Part shown: piece after piece, positions 43,001 to 54,000 of the stretch
Position numbering within the stretch: position 1 is the stretch's first letter
Layout: each line of letters starts with the position of its first letter
Assembly: GCA_964016885.1 (NCBI GenBank)
Contig: OZ024740.1
Coordinates: forward strand, 33,356,001-33,420,000
DNA length: 64,000 nucleotides
Origin: Eledone cirrhosa
Lineage: Eukaryota
Direction of reading: 5' to 3'
Notes under the pieces: generated by a model
What the model saw: only the letters and a program-made list of their open reading frames with translations
Database searches by the model: none
Told to the model about the DNA's origin: nothing
Program-made: the position numbers and the translations under genes

Positions 43001-46000
43001 GCATGTCTTACACATAATAGCAGTTTTTGACACATGCCCTAAAGTCTGCAATGGAAAGACACTGGGTGGATTCATCATCCTGTGTACATATCAGACTGAT
43101 TTAGTTGTTAGCAATTATGTGCCTGTAGAGTTTGTTATACCTCAGACAGGTTTAGCTGTTAGTAATTCTGTCTGTAGAGTTTGTTACACCTCGGACAGGT
43201 TTAGTTGTTAGTAATTCTGTTACAAACTGGTAGTACCCCTCTGTAGCACTGCTATGCCAAGTATTTTTGGAAATTTTTTGAAAGTCTTCCAGAAGATCTT
43301 GCTCGGACTGTTTTTATCAATGTCCAGAGCTTCTCTCAGGCCATCATCACTCATATTTTCTACTAACAAGCAATGTTTTTCATCTGCTGATTGCATTCTC
43401 CAATTGTAAAAAGTGTTGTCAATGTCTTGCAGTACTTTTAATAATAATAATAATAATTTCAACTAACAATAACTATTTTTTAGATATATACTTCCTTGGC
43501 TATGAGTCCACCTACAACAGCAATGATGATGACAACAATGACAACAACAAGTGACTTGTCAGATGACTAAATACCCTGGTGCATTATCCATCTGCACTGC
43601 GTGACAGAGCTATAATAATGATTTCTTCTATAGGCATAAGGCCAGCAATTATCCCAGTGTATTACTGGTACTTTATTTTATCGACCTCGTAAGGATGAAA
43701 GGCAATGTTAACCTCAGCGGGATTTGAACTCAGACCATAAAGGGCCGTAATTCTTTGCTGCAAAGCAAGGCGTCAGACTCTCTACGATACTGCCAATCCA
43801 CCACCATATCATCATCATCATTTTACGTCCGCTTTTCCCTGCTTGCAAGGGTGGGACGGGAACTGATTCTGGCTTGATTTCTACAGCTGGATGCCCTTCC
43901 TAATACCAACCTCATTTACAGTGAGTGATGGGTGCTTTTTTGCCGTGGCACCTCCACGACCACTTTGCAGTGGAATGATATGGACCCCAGTCCCTATCAT
44001 CTCATTTCTACAGCTGAGTAAACTGGAGCAACGTGAAATAAAGTGTCTTGCTCAAGGAAACAACAGATCACCCGGTCTGAGAATTGAACTCACAACCTTT
44101 CGATTGCAAGGCCAATGCTCTAACCACTAAGCCATGTGCCTCCAACAGCGCTATAATAATAGCAACGATTTCTAATTTAGGAATGATGCTTGCAATGTAT
44201 AGGGAAAGCAAAGTCGATTATATTGACCCTATTTTTTAACTAGTACTTTATTTTATCAACAACAGAATAGCAAAATTGACCTTGGTGGAATTTGAAACCA
44301 GAATGTACAGAGTTGGAATAATTACTACAAGGTATGTTGTCCAATACTTTAATGATACTGCGAAGGTCAGAAATTTGGTGGAGAAATTAATTAAACAATT
44401 ACATTTTTATTCTGGATATGGGCTAATTAGATGTTATTTTTAACCTATATGTTATTTTTAACCTAATGGAGGCGCATGGCTTAGTGGTTAGAGCATTGGC
44501 CTTGCAATCGAAAGGTTGTGAGTTCAATTCTCAGACCGGGTGATCTGTTGTTTCCTTGAGCAAGACACTTTATTTCACATTGCTCCAGTTTACTCAGCTG
44601 TAGAAATGAGATGATAGGGACTGGGGTCTATATCATTCCACTGCAAAGTGGTCGTGGAGGTGCCACGGCAAAAAAAAGCACCCAGCACTCACTGTAAATG
44701 AGGTTGGTGTTAGGAAGGGCATCCAGCTGTAGAAATCAAGCCAGAATCAGTTCCCGTCCCACCCTTGCAAGCAGGGAAAAAGCGGACGTAAAATGAAATG
44801 ATGAAAATGATGAGTAGACTGTCTAGATAATTTGTTGGCCTTTAATTAAGATATGGGCTAATTAGATGTTATTTTTAACCGACTAAAAGCTGTCTAGATA
44901 ATGTGTTGGCCTTTATTTAAGATGTGAGCTAGTTAGATGTTATTTCTAACCTACAGTAGACTGTCTAGATCAGAGGCATGCTACAGGTGGCCTGCGGGCC
45001 ACAATCCGGCCCGCCAGACCAGTCAGAGTGGCTCGCGATGACCATTTTCCTAGTGCTGCAAGAACCAAAGAACAGGTAGTAAACTCATAATTAATTTACT
45101 GTTGAAAACTAGTTCATTTACTCTGTTAATGATCATAGAAAAGGCCATAAATATCACAATTATCTTTTTCTTACATCCTGTAATCAACAGGACTGATGAT
45201 GGTGGTAATGTCAATGGTGTCAGTGGTGTGAATTGTTTCAGTTTTGTGGAATAGTTTTTTTCACATTGAAGTGTTGGTCTTTAATGTAAGTGTCTGGGAA
45301 ATATATACACATACACCAGGTCCAAACATAAAGGAGCCAAACTTCCCCTGTCACTGCCTCCGTCCCTCCCGCTCTCCCCATCTCTCATTATTATGAGCAA
45401 ATGGGGGTCCATGTGCTGGTCGGCCTGTGGCCCCAGCAGACTGATTGTTAATGGTAATCTCTGATCACAAAAGCAAGTAATTAACTATTAATATTGCACC
45501 AGAGCATAGAATAAATATATTTTTGTAGTAAAAACTAGCAGAATGACCCGGCTTTGCTCGGGATTTGCTCTAGGGTTCTTATATATTTGATATATATTTA
45601 TCCTTATCGAGCCTCGTGAAATAAATACGTTTGTTTATATTTTGTTATAGTGTATGCAAAAATATCTGTACACGAATATATAATTATATATATATTAAAA
45701 TAACAGATTAAAGTTTAAGTAAAGAATCGCTGCTTTCACCCTTAATGGGATTTTCTGAAACTAAAAAAATCAATCTGTAAACGCAGAAGTAAATATTTCG
45801 ATAAACGTTACACACTATATATATATATATATACACACACTATATATACATATATACAACACACACACAGATAGCGAAGTCAATGTCGTAATGCAGACAG
45901 CCAGGCATACAGACAGATATTATAAGGGTGCAACGTTATATCTATGTATCTATCTAAAAAGAGAAAGACTAAGAATTATAGAGAGAGATCGCTAAATCGC

Positions 46001-47970
46001 CTAATGCGGTCCCTAGGGCATTGAAAATTTGAAATTCTTTTTTGCTCAAAACACTCACAGGACCATAAGTATTACATTTGTAAAGTTTGAAAACAATCGG
46101 TTGGGTGGTTCTCGAGTTTTAGTGGTCGGACAGACAGACAGACATTCCCTGTTTTAGATATATAGATAATAATATAATTTACAATGGAAGCAATCCCAAT
46201 ATCTTGTAAAGATATTCTTTCCTAAGTAAATGGAACTTTAATCTCCGACTTTCCTTCCCAAAGGGTTTTCTTTTATGAATCATCCTGTTTTTTTTGTTTT
46301 TGCTGTACCATTTCCAATGAAATTGGTTCAAGGTATTACAGTATTGAAATATTTCAAATTTTAAAAAATAACACAGCAAAACTTACCTTTTTGCCATATT
46401 CTTTTTTGTAGGGGTCAACAATGCCTGTGAGACTGAACTCAGAATTAGCATAAACGCGTAGAGTGTAATAAATAGAATTATTCTTTTCATACTGTGAAAC
46501 AATCAAAGTGTATGAATGAGTACCAGGTTCCTCCTCCAGTTTACAAAGGTAGTGAGGGCTGTTGATTCTTACTCCATCAATATAAGGTGGGGGGTCATCT
46601 GAAAATAAGAAAATAATTAGAATAAAAACTATAGAAAGTGAAGAATGATAAAATTAAGGAAAAAGAGAAAAAGGAGTTTGGACTGGAGTGAACAGAAATT
46701 TCATTAGATATTTTGTATGTTTGCTTTGTAATTGTATATGTGTGTAGGTATCATGACAAAAAGCACCCAGCCCACACTGTAAATGTAGTTGGTGTTAGGA
46801 AAGGCATTCAGCCATAGAAACTTGAAGAAATGGGTGAGAGAGATAGAGCCAGAGAAATAGAATCAGATGGCTAGATCATGTATTTAGAAAGGATGAAATA
46901 GAATGGGTGAGAGGAATAGAGTCAGTAAAGAATGTTGTAAAGAGAAAAAGAATGAGATGGTTGGGTCATTTGTTGAGGAAGGATAAACATAACCTGGTGA
47001 GAAGAATAGAGTGATGTTGTGAAAAGAAATGGAATGAAATGGTTGGATCATGTGTTGAAGAAAGATGATGAATGTGGAAGGAAGCAGAGGACAGGGGAAA
47101 CCAAGAAAGATATAGCCAAAGGTGATGAAGGAGGAAATGAAAGCTAAGTGGCTGGTGAGGTGGGGATTCAGACATTAGGGAAAAGTGGAGAAACTTGTCA
47201 TGAAGCCTCATTAGGCTAACTCCTGCTTTAGCATGGAACATGGCTTAAAACACTTGCTGTTTCTTTTAGTTTCAGAAACAGAAGTTGTAATACACATAAG
47301 CCCCTGTCCCACCCTTGTAAGCAGGGAAAAAGCGGACGTAAAATGAAATGATAAGAGATATTATACTCAAAGAAATACAGTATATGACCAGTTAACAGAT
47401 TATATGGTTATTGTAAATTGTGTTGAATGTGTGTGTATGTATTTATATATATGCGACTACAATAACAGCAACAGCACCATTGTCAGCAGCAGCAGCAGTG
47501 AAATGAAGAACAGCAACAACAGCGGCGGCGGCGGCAGCAGCAACAACAACTGCCACCACCACCACCATCACCATACTGACACCATCCACCACCTTCACCA
47601 CTACTACCACTGCCACCATCAATAGCACCATCCATCACCATACCATCAGTCGCCACCACCGTCACCATCAGACACCATCCACCACCTCCACCACTACCAC
47701 CACCATCACCATGACTGACACCATCCACCACCATCACTGACACCATCCACCACCACCACCATTACCAGCTTAAAGCAAACAATTATTATTATTATTATAT
47801 AAAAACTGAACTGGACTGGGAAAAGTCAACAGTTGACATGATTTTGATTTTGTATCAGTACTGTTGGTAATATATATATATATGTGTGTGAGTGGTGTGT
47901 GTGTTTGTATGCATAAGTGTTGATGTGTGAGTGGCGTGTGTGTTTGTAGTTTGTATGCATGAGTGTTGGT

Positions 47971-48008
<38 letters not shown>

Positions 48009-51000
48009 CGTGTTGTGTCAATAAGTGTTTTTTTTTTGTTTTTTTTATGACCATGCTGTAAAATGGAGGGGTAGAGAGGGCCCTTGAGTCTAGTAAGATA
48101 TCCTCTCTAGTGCTGGTGGCACAAATAAAAGCACCCAGTCCATGCTGTAAAGTGGCGCTGGTGTTAGGAAGGGCATCCAACCAGTGTATCAATGCCAAAA
48201 CGCTTAGCAGCACAGCAACAAGTAAGATAGGAACAACAACAAAATATGAAGATGTCGCATCTCAGAGTTGCAACACTTAATGTTGGCACTCTCAGAGGTA
48301 GATCTGCCGAAATAGCGGAGATGCTGGAGAGAAGGCATGTGGATGTGTGCTGCGTGCAAGAGGTGAGATGGAGAGGTGCTTCTGCGAGACTAGCTATAAG
48401 CTTTTCTGGGTAGGTAAGGATGATGGGTTAGGGGGGAGTAGGCATTTTCCTGGCTGAGAAATGGATCAATAAGACAATAGAGGTAGTTCGAGTTAGTAAT
48501 CGAATAATTAAGCTTAGATTAGTTGTAGGCAGGAGACTACTGACAATCATCTCGGCCTATGCTTCCCAAGCAGGCCTAGGCAAAGATGAGAAAGACTGCT
48601 TTTACAAACAACCGCAATGACAGAGGACGGAGACATCGTTATGCTAGCAGGGGACTTCAATGGTCATGTTGGACAGCTCCAGGATGGTTACACTAGGGTA
48701 CATGGTGGGCACGGTTATGTCTCAAGAAATGAAGAAGGAGTGAGACTTCTTGAATTTTGTGATGCAAGTACACTGACTATTTGCAACACAAACTTCCAGA
48801 AACTTGCCAATCACCTAATAACCTACAAATTTGGCGAGCACATAAGCCAGATTGACTTCTTACTAGTTAGGCAGTGGGACAGGCAGATAGTATCTAATAC
48901 CAAGGCATACCCTGGGGAAGAATGTACCCCACAGCATAGGTTAGTCGTTAGTGATATCTCAGTAAGCAAAAGATGGAATGAGACATATAGGAAGGTGTGG
49001 AAAAGAAAGGTCTGGAAGCTAAAAGACCTTTCACTAAAATACAAATTTAGGAAAGCCCTTCAAGATGTATATGATGAAAAAGAAGACGATTTAGAGACAT
49101 AGATAATAACTGGACATAGATAATAACTGGAATTTCTTACGTGACAACTTACTGCAGGCTACTGATGAAACTTGTGGCTGGAGCAGAGCTCCAACCAGAC
49201 AGAGAGTGACCTGGTGGTGGAACAGCACAGTAGATAAGGCCATTAGAGACAAAAGACTAGTAGGGAAGAATATACAGCCATTAAGAGAGAAGCTAGACGT
49301 CAGATGTACTTAGCACGCAGGGAGGCTGAGAGTAGGCGGTTTGCCAATGTTCTGCGACGGGAAGATCAGAGGCGTGCAGTGTCCCACATTGCAAGGCAGT
49401 GTGTCAATGCAAATCAGGATGTTGTTGGAGATAAATGTGTCCGGAATGATGCTGGTGTATCATGAATGATCAGAAAAAGGAGGCCTGGAAATGTCATTAT
49501 GAGAGACTGATGAATGTGGAGAACGAATGGGAGAGAGAGAAATTACCCTTAGTAGATCCGACAGAGGGACCAGCTATTGAGGTTGACGAATATAGGGTCC
49601 AAGAGGCAATTAAGGAAATGAAAAATGGTAAGGCTGCTGGACCATCGGGAATAGTTGCTGAGATGCTGAAGGCATCAGGGAACGTAGGTACTAAACTGGT
49701 TGCACGCATCATCAATCAGGCTATATATGGTGGTGTCATACCCAAAGACTGGTGCAGCAGTATTCAAATAAATTGCTACAAAGGTAAAGGGGATGCTCTG
49801 GAGAGGAGCAATTATAGGGGTATAAAACTGATAGATCAGGTTATGAAAGTGGCAGAAAGGATATTAGCAAAACTAATTAGAGAAAGGTTCAAACCAGATG
49901 AGATGCAGTTTGGTTTTGTGCCTGGGAAGAGTACAACAGATGCCCTCTTCTTGGTGAGACAATTGCAAGAGAGGTTCTTAGAGAAAAATAAGCCACTATA
50001 CTTAGCCTTTGTTGACCTAGAGAAGGCCTTTGATAGGGTACCCCGATCTGTCATCTGGTGGTCCCTAAGGAAACTAGGTGTTGAGGAATGGCTTGTGAGG
50101 ACAGTGCAAACTTTGTACAGAGGTACTCTCAGTAAAGTCAGGGTAGGAATGGAGTTTAGTGAGGAATTCCAGAAACAAGTAGGAGTACATCAAGGTTCGG
50201 TCCTCAGCTCGCTCTTATTCATTATAGTCCTCCAAGCCATAACAGAGGAGTTTAAGAGTGGCTGTCCATGGGAACTTCTCTATGCTGATGATCTGGTTCT
50301 TATAGCAGAATCAGTAGAGGAGCTAGAGAATAAATTCTGGCTATGGAAACAGCAGTTGGAAGCAAGAGGACTGAGAGTGAACCTAGCTAAGACAAAAGTG
50401 TTGATGAGTAGAAAAGAGGACAAAACTCTGATTCCGTCAGGGAAATGGCCATGTTCGATATGCAGAAAAGGAACTGGCATAAATTCTATAAAATGCACAC
50501 AATGCAGATTCTGGGTACACAAGAGATGTAGCGGGATAGCAGGCAAACTAACAGGTAGAGAGAAATATGTATGCAGTAGATGTACAGGGAAATTAGACAG
50601 TAGAAGTCGCATTGATAGACACATTTTTCAAATGCAGGAGGGTGCTATAGAAGTGGTGGAGAGCTTCCGCTACCTAGATCAGATTAGCATGGGGGGGGGG
50701 GGGGGTTCCGAGGCCATAGTATCTAGAATAAGGACAGGTTGGAAGAAATTTAGGGGGCTGTTTACTCTGCTGACGAAGAAGGGTTTCTCCCTGCGTACGA
50801 AAGGCCAGTTATATGATGCCTGTGTGAGGAGCACAATGCTGCATGGTAGTGAGACTTGAGCAGCAACTGCAGAGGATATGCGACGGCTGGAGAGAAATGT
50901 GGCAAGCATGCTCCGTTGGATGTGCAATGTCAATGTGCGTGAATGACCCAGCATGGATGTGTTGAGAGAGAAACTGTGTCTGAGAGGGATAGAATGTAGT

Positions 51001-54000
51001 GTGCGAGAGAGGAGACTGTGGTGGTATGGACATGTGATGCGCATGGAGGATGACCGATGGGTGAAGAAGTGCCAGGAAATGCCAGTTGAAGGAAGACATG
51101 GTAGAGGTAGACCACGAAAAACATGGGCGGAGGTGGTGAGAAGAGACCTCAGATCGCTGAAGCACCACACGTTGGCGATGACGAAGGACGACCGTGACAA
51201 GTGGAGAGATGCTGTGCTGAATAAGACCCGTCCCACCCTTGTAAGCAGGGAAGAGCGGACATAAAATGACGATGATGATGATGTAATATATTCAAGAGAT
51301 ATTATACTCAAAGGAATACAGTTTATGACCATTTAACAGATTTACAATCTGAATTTATTAGTTAATAATAATGATAATGAAATTATTGTGTACAGTACTC
51401 AGGTGCACTACAATCCATCAAAGGTGCATGTATAGTACATAGAATAATGTACAAATGTCAGGAAAATGAACAGTGTACGAGTCATGAAATACATGTGTGC
51501 ATGTTAATATCGAACATTTGCAATGTCTTTATTCTAGCATTAAAAAAAAACTGTCTCTATTAAACAAACAATTGTTAGTGTATAGATGAAGATCAAAGAA
51601 GTGTGTGGGTGAGGAGAGGACCATGAAAATGAAGTGGATACAAAAGAGAAAATACTACCGTATATACTCAAATATAAGCCAATCCCACTATTTTAAGTCT
51701 GAGAAATGGGCAAAAATCCAAACCTTGTTTATAAGCCAAGGCAACTAATCAACACATTGTTTAGATAGCAAATATAAGCCAAACCCACCATTTTACCATC
51801 GATTTTTTGGTCACATTCCTTCGCGTATATTCAGGTATATACAGTATATGTTTACTATCTTAATAATGAAATCATTAATAATTTTAGAAATCTGGTCATA
51901 TATTCCTTTCATAAATATACAGTAACTCACAGATAATACTTACATGGGTAGAATACTTTTTTACCATCACTCTTGTACACTAATAGGGTAATGAATTCAC
52001 GGTTATTTGCAAAGTCATCCTATTAAGAAAAGAAAAACATCTTTTAATAAAAGATGATGTAACATGGCTGCAAAGATATGATAATTGTTAACAGAGTTCC
52101 CTGGTGTTAAGATGTTCAACTACAGACAAGATTATAAATTCAAATAATGTTACAGTTGTAACATTTTTTAGTAAGGATTAAATAATAATAATGGAAATTA
52201 TTGTGTACAGTGCTCAGGTGCACTCATCAAAGGTGCATGTATAGTACATAGAATAATATACAAATGTCAAGAAAGTGAACAGTGTATGAGTCATGATATA
52301 CACACAGACGTACACACACACATGCGTGCTTGTGTATGAAGGGGGAATATCAGGTGTAGTGTTGGCGAATATCAGGAAGCATGGAGGTTTTGAAGGATGC
52401 AGTGTCCCAACAGCTAACAACTGATGCAGGTAGTTTGTTCCATGCTTCAGCAACTCAGAGCTTGTAAAAACGATTCCAAAAATCATGAGAGCTGTGCTGT
52501 TTTCCGATTTTGTAAGCATATCCACAGGGTTGAATAAAGAAACACCTGTTTATTGTAGTAACTGAACAAACCTAACAGCTGTTGTAATTATTTAACATTG
52601 ATAAGTGTCAGATAATTAACAAAGAGGTTAACCCTTCTAAGTCAGGTTGCAGAACACATGAATGAGTTGAGAGAAAAACTGGGTATAAGAGGAAACAATT
52701 GTAGTGAGCAAGAGAGAAGATTGTGCTGGTATGGATGAGGATTGTTGGGTGAAGAAATACTAATGTTTCCTAGTGAAAGGAAGCTGCAGTAGAGGAAGAC
52801 CAATGAAGAACTGGGCAGAAACAGTAAGAGCAGATCTTACATAGGAGACAACGAAGAAACGCAGTAGGTGAGGGGAAGCTCTACTAGAAAGACTCGTACT
52901 TACAAGCACGGAAAAATGAACATCAAAAGATGATGATGATGATGTTGATTTGTCCTTGTTCAATGTAATAATGAGTCTCTGATTAAGTGAAATATATTGA
53001 ACCAAATTTTTATTGTCTCCTTCAATAGTTGATGTAATATATCTTCTTTTATATCGACTTCACCAATGTGTACCTGAGGCACTCCTATCTCTTCTTCTAC
53101 ACTATATACTTCTTCACTACCACCCCCAACAACAACAACAACAACAACAAACACTAACCACTATATCTAATCTGTCCTCCACAGAATGTTAAGCGTCTGG
53201 AATTCAATTCCTGCAGACTTTGTTGTTAGACTTACAGATGTTCAAGATGTACTGATGAACAGAATCGTTCTTACGACCTAGCAATGAACTGACCAACAAA
53301 TTGGACCAAGGAAACAATGCTTCTAATGGTCATTCCATTGCTGATACTATTTAACAGTCACAACTCCTGGAAGAAGGAAGCAGAATTTGAACTCACAATA
53401 CATATGGCCAGATCAGATACCCCAAAGTATCCTGCTTAACTCTTAAACAATTTCACCAATCCACATGAACCCTGGACTAGTATTTTATCTATAGAGTGGA
53501 ACAAATACTAAAGTAATTAATCCAATGCTCTAATGACTTTGTCAATTTTCCACCTAAGTGTTCAGCCCATATCAAATGAGCTGCTGGTTTGAAAGAACCA
53601 TTTTTTATTGTAGATCTAAATGAATCTGTTTTGCTATAACTTGTGATAGGTGAAAAGAAGTACAAGAGCTGAAAAATTCTCAGTAAATGTCCAGAAGATA
53701 AAAAAATGGAAAAAAAACATTATAATAATTGTTTCTCCTTCTGGCACAAGATCACCAATTACTCCAGTGCATTACTGGTGCTGTATTTTATCGACCCCGT
53801 AAGGATGAAAGGCAAAGTTAACCTTGGCAGGATTTGAACTCAGAGGTGAACTTTAATAATTTTGCTAAGTAAGAATGACATGATTTTGGATGTTGGCTAC
53901 ACATTGTGAAGGAATGGAATGTAAACTAAATTGGTGACAAAGCCATTGAAGACAGCTTTAGTAAGGGAAAGATAAAATATGATATATTAATTTGGATGTA

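Noticed and set aside
44468-44540. Functional tRNA gene
   Set aside because: The A and B boxes are present, but the sequence continues into a SINE body and LINE tail and is duplicated nearby. It is a SINE head.
47404-48213. His/Gly/Val/Thr-His-rich ORFs in the ORF track
   Set aside because: They are translations of trinucleotide and GT microsatellites lying inside a CAPN7 intron.
50691-50705. Poly-G run as a functional G-quadruplex or poly-Gly insert
   Set aside because: It corresponds to GGGGGAGGG in the other LINE. It is most simply a homopolymer expansion or sequencing error in a dead copy.
38492-51332. Minus-strand ORFs overlapping the LINEs (e.g. 39710-40117, 50679-51332)
   Set aside because: These are antisense shadows of the RT coding frame with no recognisable motifs.
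52960-53154. Acidic ORF (EEVYSVEEEIGVPQVHIGEVDIKEDIL) as an extra CAPN7 exon
   Set aside because: The flanking exons join seamlessly (ITDK|DDFA) as in the known protein. The ORF starts in a (GTT)n microsatellite and has no recognisable similarity.
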